A DNA stretch of 64,000 nucleotides. It comes from Candidatus Acidiferrum sp. (GTDB lineage: Bacteria; Acidobacteriota; Terriglobia; Acidiferrales; UBA7541). The notes beneath the pieces are model-generated. The model was not told where the DNA came from. It saw only the letters and a program-made list of their open reading frames with translations, and ran no database searches. Where the stretch lies: the NCBI GenBank assembly GCA_035310525.1, contig DATGED010000090.1, positions 1,336-65,335 on the forward strand, given 5' to 3'. Of the stretch, positions 39,090 through 47,077 are shown in pieces. Position 1 is the stretch's first letter. Every line of letters begins with the position of its first letter. The translations under genes and the position numbers were made by a program.

Positions 39090-39589
39090 CGGCGCAACTA
39101 GCCATTTTTTTCGTATTGGCAACGCTCGCGGTACTTGGGGCGCTCAGCCTCATCTTCCAGCGGCATCCCATTCACAACGCGCTTTCTCTCATCGTTGTCA
39201 TGATCGCTCTCGCCGGGCTTTACCTCTTGATGGGCGCGGAATTTGTCGCCGCTGTCCAGATCATCGTCTACGGCGGCGCGATCATGGTGCTTTTCGTGTT
39301 CGTCATCATGCTTTTGAACGCTGGAGTGGAAGAGCGCACCAATGTTTCGAAGCTCGCGGGCATCGCCGGAATTCCCCTGGCCGTGGCACTGCTCGGGTTT
39401 CTCGCCGCGGCTATCGCGCGTTCGAACGAAAGCGCGCAGGCGGGTTTGCAGTCCGGCACGCTGGCCAATACTAAAGAGATCTCGACAATGCTCTTCCGGG
39501 AATTTGTTTACCCCTTCGAGCTGACTTCGTTCCTCATCCTCGTTGCCATACTCGGCGCTATTGTTTTGGCGCAGCGGGAGAAGAGCTGA
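39086..39589 (+). CDS. nuoJ: NADH-quinone oxidoreductase subunit J
   Basis: AEFVAAVQIIVYGGAIMVLFVFVIMLL, PFEL.S..ILVA; GTGA overlap with nuoH. Confidence 0.95.
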   Translation: MTAQLAIFFVLATLAVLGALSLIFQRHPIHNALSLIVVMIALAGLYLLMGAEFVAAVQIIVYGGAIMVLFVFVIMLLNAGVEERTNVSKLAGIAGIPLAVALLGFLAAAIARSNESAQAGLQSGTLANTKEISTMLFREFVYPFELTSFLILVAILGAIVLAQREKS

Positions 39590-39591
39590 AG

Positions 39592-39894
39592 ATGGTCCCC
39601 ACGAGCTACTACTTGATTCTAAGCGCAATTTTGTTCGGTCTTGGCGTGGTTGCTTTCGTATTCAAGCGCAACGTCATCACTATTTTCATGTCCATCGAAT
39701 TGATGCTGAACGCCGTCAACCTGGCATTTGTCGCCTTTAGCCAGGCCCGTCATCAATCCGATGGCCAGGTGTTCGTCCTGTTCGTGATTGTTGTAGCCGC
39801 GGCGGAAGCTGCTGTCGGTCTGGGCATCATCATCCTCACCGCGCGCAACCGGCAGTCGCTGAATGTCGAGCGCGTGGATTTGCTCAAACTCTAA
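39592..39894 (+). CDS. nuoK: NADH-quinone oxidoreductase subunit K
   Basis: MSIELMLNAVNL, AAAEAAVGL. Confidence 0.96.
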   Translation: MVPTSYYLILSAILFGLGVVAFVFKRNVITIFMSIELMLNAVNLAFVAFSQARHQSDGQVFVLFVIVVAAAEAAVGLGIIILTARNRQSLNVERVDLLKL

Positions 39895-41876
39895 TGCTCA
39901 TACTCGAACATCTCTGGATCATTCCTCTTCTGCCGCTGCTCGGCTCGGCCGTGAATGGCCTTCTCGGCGGTAAGTGGCCAAACAAGATCGTCAATAGCGT
40001 CGCGCTCGGAGCGACCGGCCTTTCGTTCCTCTTCGCCGTCGAAGCTGTGCGCGAATTTTTGCGGTTGCCGTCCGAACAGATTCCCTGGGTGCAGAAGTAT
40101 TTCACGTGGATCGCGGCTGGCGACTTCCGCGCGGGCTTCGATCTGCAAATCGACCAGCTCACCGTTGTAATGCTGATGGTCGTCACCGGCGTCGGCTTCC
40201 TCATTCACATCTACTCGACTGGCTACTTGGCCCACGAAGGCGGCTACTACCGTTTCTTTTCTTACCTCAATCTGTTCATGTTTTTCATGCTCATCCTCGT
40301 CATGGCCGCAAATTATGTGCTGCTCTTCGTAGGGTGGGAAGGCGTCGGCCTCTGCAGCTATTTGCTCATCGGCTTTTCCTTCCTGAAAAAGTCGGCTGCT
40401 GACGCCGGCAAAAAGGCATTCATCGTCAATCGGATTGGCGACTTTGGTTTCATGCTCGGCATGTTTTTGCTGTTCCGAACGTTCGGATCCTTGGACTTCG
40501 TAACCGTCTTCTCGAAGGCGGCGCCGTTGCAGCCGGATGCCTTAGGCCAGTTCGGAATTATGACGGTTGCATGCCTTCTGCTCTTTATGGGCGCCACCGG
40601 AAAATCGGCGCAGCTTCCCCTTTACGTGTGGCTGCCGGACGCCATGGAAGGACCAACGCCCGTGAGCGCCTTGATCCATGCGGCAACGATGGTCACCGCC
40701 GGCGTTTATGTCGTCGCGCGCTCGCACGTACTTTTCACCCATGCACCCACGGCCATGTTGGTGGTCGCCATTGTGGGCTGCGCCACGGCGATCTTTGCAG
40801 CCACCATCGGACTGGTGCAGACGGACATCAAGAAAGTTCTCGCCTACTCGACCGTTAGCCAGCTGGGCTACATGTTCCTTGCTTGTGGCGTCGGCGCTTT
40901 TTCCGCTGGCATTTTCCACCTCATGACGCACGCCTTTTTCAAAGCGCTTCTCTTCCTCGCCGCAGGCAGCGTGATTCACGCCATGGGCGGCGAGCAGGAC
41001 ATGCGCCGCATGGGAGGTCTCAGCAAGAAAATCAAGTGGACTTACGTTACGATGCTGACCGCCACGCTGGCCATCGCGGGCTTTCCTCCGTTCGCGGGTT
41101 TCTTCAGCAAGGACTCCATACTTTTCAGTGCCTTCCAAAGTGCGAACGGTGGCCCCAACACGGGCCACATCCTCTACGCCATCGGTTTGCTCACAGCCTT
41201 GCTGACCTCTTTTTACATGTTCCGTTTGGTCTTTCTTACTTTCTTCGGCAAGCAGCGCTACGACGAGCATCACGTTCACGTCCACGAATCCCCCTGGAGC
41301 ATGCTCGGCCCGCTCGTGATCCTCGCCGTGCTTTCTACCGTTGGCGGATGGTTTGCCGCTCCGTCGTTCTGGGGCGGGGCGGATTACTTCTCAAATTTCC
41401 TTGCGCCAGTCTTGGGCGGCGGAGGCGAATCAGCGGCGACGGAAACAGCCGCTCATTCTCTGGAGATGATCCTTGCGGTGGTCGCGATCGTCACGGCTCT
41501 GATCGGTTTCGCCATTGCCTTCTGGCTCTATATCCGCCGGCCCGGCAAACCCGAAGCGCTCGCCAAGTCCATGAAGGGCGCCTATAACACCCTCTTGAAC
41601 AAATACTACATCGACGAACTCTACGCCGCCGTCATCGTCAATCCGCTGATGTGGATTTCGACGAACGTACTCTGGAAGTTCGTTGACGTTGCCGGCATCG
41701 ACGGCACCGTGAACGGCGTCGCCAGCAGCGCTACCTCGCTCGGTGACACCATTCGCCACGCGCAGTCCGGCAACACGCGCAGTTATGCCGTTTGGGTCGT
41801 CATCGGCGCGCTCGTCATCATTGCCGTCATCTTCTTCTGGCCTGCTGCCGGCATTGTTTTCGGGAGGGTGCGCTGA
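39894..41876 (+). CDS. nuoL: NADH-quinone oxidoreductase subunit L
   Basis: GWEGVG, GKSAQLPL.VWLPDAMEGPTPVSALIHAATMV, HAFFKA, GFFSKD, C-terminal amphipathic helix. Confidence 0.97.
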   Translation: MLILEHLWIIPLLPLLGSAVNGLLGGKWPNKIVNSVALGATGLSFLFAVEAVREFLRLPSEQIPWVQKYFTWIAAGDFRAGFDLQIDQLTVVMLMVVTGVGFLIHIYSTGYLAHEGGYYRFFSYLNLFMFFMLILVMAANYVLLFVGWEGVGLCSYLLIGFSFLKKSAADAGKKAFIVNRIGDFGFMLGMFLLFRTFGSLDFVTVFSKAAPLQPDALGQFGIMTVACLLLFMGATGKSAQLPLYVWLPDAMEGPTPVSALIHAATMVTAGVYVVARSHVLFTHAPTAMLVVAIVGCATAIFAATIGLVQTDIKKVLAYSTVSQLGYMFLACGVGAFSAGIFHLMTHAFFKALLFLAAGSVIHAMGGEQDMRRMGGLSKKIKWTYVTMLTATLAIAGFPPFAGFFSKDSILFSAFQSANGGPNTGHILYAIGLLTALLTSFYMFRLVFLTFFGKQRYDEHHVHVHESPWSMLGPLVILAVLSTVGGWFAAPSFWGGADYFSNFLAPVLGGGGESAATETAAHSLEMILAVVAIVTALIGFAIAFWLYIRRPGKPEALAKSMKGAYNTLLNKYYIDELYAAVIVNPLMWISTNVLWKFVDVAGIDGTVNGVASSATSLGDTIRHAQSGNTRSYAVWVVIGALVIIAVIFFWPAAGIVFGRVR

Positions 41877-43516
41877 TGCCCGCCGGGCCGCTCCTTTCGA
41901 TCTTGATCTTCCTCCCGGCCCTCGGCGCGCTTGCGCTGTTGTTCCTTCGCAGCGATGACCACGAATGGATTCGGCGTCTCGCGTTTGCGGTTTCTCTCGC
42001 CGAGTTCATCCTCTCGCTCTGGTGGCTGCTCCGCGGCGTCCCTCTCGGGGGCACAGGATACAAGCTCGAAGAATTTCATCAATGGATCGCTCTCGGACCG
42101 CATGGCTCCGCGCCGCAAACCTTCATCAACTATCATCTCGGCGCGGACGGCATCAGCCTTTTCCTAGTCATCCTGACGACGTTTCTAACCGTCGTTTCCA
42201 TCCTCTGTTCCTGGAACAGCATTGGGAAACGCGTCAAGGAATTTTTCGTCATGCTCCTGATGCTGGAAGTCGGCGTTGTCGGAGTCTTCCTCTCGCTTGA
42301 CCTCTTCCTCTTCTTCCTCTTCTGGGAAGTCATGCTGATCCCCATGTACTTCCTCATCGGCATCTGGGGTCACGAGCGCCGCATCTACGCCGCTGTTAAA
42401 TTCGTTCTCTACACCATGGCCGGCTCCATCCTCATGCTGGTTGGCATTCTATGGCTTTACAACGCCACCGGTACATTTGACCTGCCTTCGATTCAACGCG
42501 CGCTTCAGGACGGCACTCTGATACTTTCTCGCGGCACGGAAACGCTTCTCTTCCTCGCTTTCTTCGTGGCTTTCGCCATCAAAGTTCCTTTGTTCCCGTT
42601 CCACACCTGGCTCCCGGACGCACACGTGGAAGCTCCCACCGCCGGTTCCGTGATGCTTGCGGGAGTGCTCCTGAAAATGGGCACATACGGCATGATTCGC
42701 TTCTGCTTGCCGCTATTTCCCGACGCTTCTCGTCGCTTCGCGCCCGCCATAGCCGTGCTTGCGATCATCGGCATCATCTACGGCGCGCTCGTCGCGCTCG
42801 TCCAACCTAACCTGAAAAAACTCGTTGCCTATTCGAGTGTCAGCCACCTCGGCTTCGTCGTTCTCGGCATCTTCGCTTTCCATATCGTTTCCATCCAGGG
42901 CGCGGTGTTCCAGATGCTCGCCCACGGCGTTTCTACCGGCGGCCTCTTTTTGCTCGTCGGCATGCTCTACGACCGGCGCCACACCTTCGAGATTTCCCAG
43001 TTCGGTGGCCTGTCAACTCCGTTGCCTCGCCTCGCGGCGTTCTTCCTGTTTGTCGCGCTGTCTTCACTCGGTCTGCCTATGCTCAACGGATTCGTCGGTG
43101 AATTCCTGATCCTCCTCGGCACATATCAAGTTCACTGGAGCTGGGCCGCCTGGGCTGCCACTGGCGTGATACTTTCCGCCTGTTACCTGCTCTGGTCTTA
43201 CCAGCGTGTTTTCTTCGGAGAAATTACCGTCGAGAAGAACAAATCGCTTCCGGATGTTTCCGTCCGCGAGCGCTGGATTCTTGCGAGCATCGCGGTGATA
43301 ACACTCTGGATGGGCATCGGCTCGACCTTTATCACCGGCCGCACTGCCAACGCCAGCCAATCCGTACTCGATCAAATGGTTCGTCCGCCGCGCGCATATG
43401 AAGCTGTTGCGCCTGCGAAACCTATGCCGACGGTTTTGCTGCCAGCCACCGTGGCGGCCTCGCAGGGGAGCGCGACGCAAAAACAAATCTCAATCGAAAG
43501 GCTCGGAACTCGCTGA
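41876..43516 (+). CDS. nuoM: NADH-quinone oxidoreductase subunit M
   Basis: FWEVMLIP, IKVPLFPFHTWLPDAHVEAPT, LLKMG, YSSVSH, GFVGE. Confidence 0.96.
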   Translation: MPAGPLLSILIFLPALGALALLFLRSDDHEWIRRLAFAVSLAEFILSLWWLLRGVPLGGTGYKLEEFHQWIALGPHGSAPQTFINYHLGADGISLFLVILTTFLTVVSILCSWNSIGKRVKEFFVMLLMLEVGVVGVFLSLDLFLFFLFWEVMLIPMYFLIGIWGHERRIYAAVKFVLYTMAGSILMLVGILWLYNATGTFDLPSIQRALQDGTLILSRGTETLLFLAFFVAFAIKVPLFPFHTWLPDAHVEAPTAGSVMLAGVLLKMGTYGMIRFCLPLFPDASRRFAPAIAVLAIIGIIYGALVALVQPNLKKLVAYSSVSHLGFVVLGIFAFHIVSIQGAVFQMLAHGVSTGGLFLLVGMLYDRRHTFEISQFGGLSTPLPRLAAFFLFVALSSLGLPMLNGFVGEFLILLGTYQVHWSWAAWAATGVILSACYLLWSYQRVFFGEITVEKNKSLPDVSVRERWILASIAVITLWMGIGSTFITGRTANASQSVLDQMVRPPRAYEAVAPAKPMPTVLLPATVAASQGSATQKQISIERLGTR

Positions 43517-44986
43517 ATGCCCGCATTCCCCAACACTTCGGACTTGCTTCGCGTCTTGCCGGAACTCATCTGGTGCGGCTTCGGCGCGCTGTTGATGCTG
43601 CTCCAACCGCTCGTTAAAAGCCGCCAGGTTCTGACAACCGTTGCCGTCATCGGAGCGTTAGGGGGCATCGTCGGCAACTTCTACGCGGTCCACAATCCCG
43701 GCGCAGCGTTTGGCGGCCTGGTGGCGGCGGATCCCTTCAGCATTTTCTTCAGTCATCTGGTGGGACTGGTCGCCGTTCTGGTGATTCTTGGTGCGGATTC
43801 CTACCTTCGGCGCGAAGGGCTTGCTGACGCGGAGTTTTACGCGCTTGTTCTTTTCGCTACGGCGGGAATGGGAGTGCTCGCTTCTGCCCAGGAACTGCTC
43901 ACCGCCTTTATCGGCCTTGAGATGAGCTCCATCTCCAGCTACATCCTGGCGGGCTACCGTCGCGATGCGCTGAAGTCCGGTGAATCTTCAATGAAGTATT
44001 TCCTGCTCGGTTCCTTTGCCACGGCCTTTTTTCTTTACGGCATCGCTCTCGTTTATGGCGTCACCGGGACCACGAATCTCTTGAAAATGGATTCTGCGGA
44101 GCCCACCAGCACGCTCTTGAAGCTCGGCCTCGCGCTCATTCTCATCGGTTTGGGCTTTAAGGTTGCCGCCGCTCCGTTCCAGATCTGGACGCCCGACGTT
44201 TACGAAGGGGCGCCCACGCCAGTCACCGCGCTATTTTCCGCTGGTCCCAAAGCGGCCGCCTTCGCCTTGCTCCTTCGCATCTTTGCCGACGTTCACGCCG
44301 CCACGCAGTTCTGGTTCTGGGCCTTCTGGATTCTTGCAGCGCTGACGATGTTTGCTGGAAATCTCGGTGCTCTGCTTCAGACCAACGTCAAGCGCCTGCT
44401 GGCTTACAGCTCCATCGCCCACGCGGGTTACATCCTCGTTGCGTTTGCCGCGGTCACGACACTCGCTAAAGATCCGGAGATTGGCGCTGGCCCGGCCTAC
44501 GCCGCGATTCTTTTCTACCTGCTCACATACGCGCTCGTGAAGGTGGGCGCATTCACCATCGTTTCACAGTATGGCGGAGCGGGTGAAAAGCACCTCCAGT
44601 TTGACGACTTCGCCGGTCTCGGCGAGCGCCAACCCTGGGTGGCTGCTCTGCTCTCTCTCTTTTTGCTCTCGCTGCTCGGACTTCCCGTCACCGCCGGCTT
44701 CCTCGGCAAGTTCTACATCTTCAAAGTCGCCGTGGATTCGCATCTGATTTGGCTTGCCGTCCTGATGGCCGTTAACAGCATCGTTGGCGCCTACTACTAT
44801 GTCCGTCTCATTGTCGTGATGTACATGCGCGAGCCCAGCGCAGAACTCGCTGCTACGGTTCCCGCCCGCTTCCCGCTGTCGGTCAATGTCGTCTTGGCCA
44901 TTACGGCGTTTGGCACAATTTTTCTTGGGCTCTTCCCCAGCAAAACCCTAAACTACTTGCTGCAAGCCAATCTCCTGAACCGGTAA
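43517..44986 (+). CDS. nuoN: NADH-quinone oxidoreductase subunit N
   Basis: GLEM, GFKVAAAPF..WTPDVYEGAPTP, PKAAAF, KRLLAYSSIAHAGY, GFLGKF. Confidence 0.96.
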   Translation: MPAFPNTSDLLRVLPELIWCGFGALLMLLQPLVKSRQVLTTVAVIGALGGIVGNFYAVHNPGAAFGGLVAADPFSIFFSHLVGLVAVLVILGADSYLRREGLADAEFYALVLFATAGMGVLASAQELLTAFIGLEMSSISSYILAGYRRDALKSGESSMKYFLLGSFATAFFLYGIALVYGVTGTTNLLKMDSAEPTSTLLKLGLALILIGLGFKVAAAPFQIWTPDVYEGAPTPVTALFSAGPKAAAFALLLRIFADVHAATQFWFWAFWILAALTMFAGNLGALLQTNVKRLLAYSSIAHAGYILVAFAAVTTLAKDPEIGAGPAYAAILFYLLTYALVKVGAFTIVSQYGGAGEKHLQFDDFAGLGERQPWVAALLSLFLLSLLGLPVTAGFLGKFYIFKVAVDSHLIWLAVLMAVNSIVGAYYYVRLIVVMYMREPSAELAATVPARFPLSVNVVLAITAFGTIFLGLFPSKTLNYLLQANLLNR

Positions 44987-45067
44987 TTGACCCGCGCTCT
45001 TGCTCTATTTTCCCAGTCGCTCTCCCAAATTGCATTTGCTTGCCCGGCCCGAATCCAGCCGGAAATA

Positions 45068-45103
45068 GTGAAGGCCCGGGAGCTTCCGCTCCCGGGCCTT
45101 CAC
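45068..45103. terminator. Intrinsic terminator between the convergent nuo and atp-Fo operons
   Basis: Perfect 16-bp stem gtgaaggcccgggagc/gctcccgggccttcac with a 4-nt loop; TATTT tail on the minus strand. Confidence 0.85.
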
Positions 45104-45123
45104 AAATGCCACCGTGCTCTTGA

Positions 45124-45450
45124 TTACATCTTCAAGTAGAGGAGGAATCCCAGCGCAAACGTAAATAGAGTGAGAGTCTCGACGAACACAAGGCCCAGGA
45201 TCATGGCCGCTCGAACGCCTCCGGCCGCTCCTGGATTTCTCGCGATGCCTTCGCAGGCCGCCGCTGCAATCCGGCCTTGTCCCAGCCCTCCGCCGAACGC
45301 CGCCACCGCCACGCCGAACCCGATCGCGATCACCAGAGTGGTCGGATTGAGAGGCGGCTTGGCTGCTTCTGGTGCTGTTTGCGCGAACGCCGTCGGTGCG
45401 ACAAGCATCACCACGACGAGCACAAGTAATACAACTGCTGCTTTCTTCAT
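45124..45450 (-). CDS. atpE: ATP synthase Fo subunit c with N-terminal signal-like extension
   Basis: GGGLGQG, ARNP loop, ion-binding Glu in FVETL; GGAGG RBS before ATG 45450. Confidence 0.93.
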   Translation of the reverse strand: MKKAAVVLLVLVVVMLVAPTAFAQTAPEAAKPPLNPTTLVIAIGFGVAVAAFGGGLGQGRIAAAACEGIARNPGAAGGVRAAMILGLVFVETLTLFTFALGFLLYLKM

Positions 45451-45537
45451 AACTTCCTCCTCCTGAATTTGCCGCCAGTGGGTGGTTCCCGGACACCGTG
45501 CAGCCGGGCTCACGCTGGAGCGGCTCAACAAAACTTT

Positions 45538-46353
45538 TTAGTGTTCATCCGCCGTCGCCAGCCCGATGTAAACCGCCGGCAGAATCGTGAACACGTAGGT
45601 CTGAACGACCGATACGAACACGTGCAGCAGCAGGAAGGCGATGGGTACCACTGCTGGGAGCACGCCCAGGACCACGCCTACCACGGGCGACTTGCTCCAG
45701 CCCCAGGCCACCGGGCCCGTGAAAAGTCCAAGAAACAAACCGTAGATGAGATCGCTCGCAAAAATGTTGGCCCACAAGCGCACGGAAAGTGACAACAACC
45801 GGGCACAGGTGCTCAAGATCTCGACCGGAAAAATAAGCGGCCAGAGCGACCAATGCACGCCGCCCGTAAACGTCTTGACGTAACCGAGCGCGCCGTGGTG
45901 GCGTAAGCCCTGCCAGTTGAAGTAAACAAACGCAAAGATCGCACAGGACAGGGGAACTGTATAAACGGCGGTCGGCGACGTGAAGAGCGGAAATGCCCCG
46001 AACAGATTCGCCAGCAGCACGAACAGCGCGACGGAACCGACCATCGGCACATACCGTTCCCAGTGATGGCCGGCGTTTTCTTCCAGCACATCGTTAATGC
46101 CAAATCCCATCGAGTTCGTGAGCAACAGCTCGGCGACCTGTTGGGAAGCGCCGGGCCGCTCAACCGACAAGCGCGACCTGAGCAATAGCGCGAGCACCGT
46201 CCCCACGACGAGAACCATCAACGACATGACCACTTGTTCAGGGATGGGTACGTCCGGATGGCTCGGCGTAATGTGCAGCGCCGCAAGCAGGGCCAGCGCC
46301 GCCGCACCCAAATAGTGATTCACAAGTTGTGTCAGCCAGCTTACGTGTTCCAT
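45538..46353 (-). CDS. atpB: ATP synthase Fo subunit a
   Basis: SPTA, FPVE...R.LSLSVRLWANI (essential Arg), LH.FVS.VQ.YVF..L..VYI. Confidence 0.93.
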   Translation of the reverse strand: MEHVSWLTQLVNHYLGAAALALLAALHITPSHPDVPIPEQVVMSLMVLVVGTVLALLLRSRLSVERPGASQQVAELLLTNSMGFGINDVLEENAGHHWERYVPMVGSVALFVLLANLFGAFPLFTSPTAVYTVPLSCAIFAFVYFNWQGLRHHGALGYVKTFTGGVHWSLWPLIFPVEILSTCARLLSLSVRLWANIFASDLIYGLFLGLFTGPVAWGWSKSPVVGVVLGVLPAVVPIAFLLLHVFVSVVQTYVFTILPAVYIGLATADEH

Positions 46354-46356
46354 TCC

Positions 46357-46824
46357 CTATTCCACTCGACGCAGGATTTCGTACACACTCGCCGCAATTG
46401 TCGCGGCTCCTAAAGCGCACAAACCCACTACCATGCTTGCAAGGGGAACTCTCAGATACTCAAAAATAACATACACGCAGAACGCTATCAAGCCGTAGCG
46501 GAAAAGCAGCCGGAACCAGGTGCCGACGGGAATTCGCGGCTTTGCAGCCCCTTCTTGTGCCGTGGCCACGGCAACCAGCGCGTCCAGCCCACGCTTCAGC
46601 CATCGAAAGTTCAGCCACGCCAGCGCCGTTCCGATGGCCAGACCCTCAGCCCAAGGCCACCGCCGCAGGCTCGCGGCAGCCACAGCTGCAGCGCCCCCGA
46701 GAACCAGCGTAAGCCAGGCGATCCGCCGCTCCGTGCCGGCGAAAGATTCGAGATCCGCGGCGCTGGTGGTTGTGCCGGCCGGTTCATCATTCCGGCTGCT
46801 TGACGACTGCTCAGCCCTTTCCAT
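46357..46824 (-). CDS. atpI: ATP synthase protein I
   Basis: 4-TM protein (G..LA.LNF.WL, RY.L) directly upstream of atpB. Confidence 0.75.
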   Translation of the reverse strand: MERAEQSSSSRNDEPAGTTTSAADLESFAGTERRIAWLTLVLGGAAAVAAASLRRWPWAEGLAIGTALAWLNFRWLKRGLDALVAVATAQEGAAKPRIPVGTWFRLLFRYGLIAFCVYVIFEYLRVPLASMVVGLCALGAATIAASVYEILRRVE

Positions 46825-47077
46825 CGCCGTCAGCCGGGAGCCGGCGAAGGATATCGCGCAGCCCAGCGAAGAACCCCAGCCCGCCGAAAATCAGCATGAA
46901 GATGACCTTAGTATGCAGCCAGTGGTCCAGAAAATAACCTACCAGGCCGCCCAGAGCAATCGCCCCGACGAGCACGAACGGAAGTTCCATCGCCATTCCA
47001 AATTGCATGCTGAAGTTCTTCGCCCGTTTGACGGGCGGCGGAGGGGCCCCTCTATCTGGATTATTGTCCAAAGGCAT
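46811..47077 (-). CDS. atpZ: AtpZ/AtpI-family small membrane protein
   Basis: ELP...VG....GG.VGY.LD.WLHT....M..FG.LGF.AG; first gene of the Fo block. Confidence 0.8.
   Translation of the reverse strand: MPLDNNPDRGAPPPPVKRAKNFSMQFGMAMELPFVLVGAIALGGLVGYFLDHWLHTKVIFMLIFGGLGFFAGLRDILRRLPADGDGKG

Noticed and set aside
41560-41876. Extended NuoL lateral helix that would indicate a four-pump complex I
   Set aside because: The distance from YYIDELY to QSG..RSY looks standard by eye
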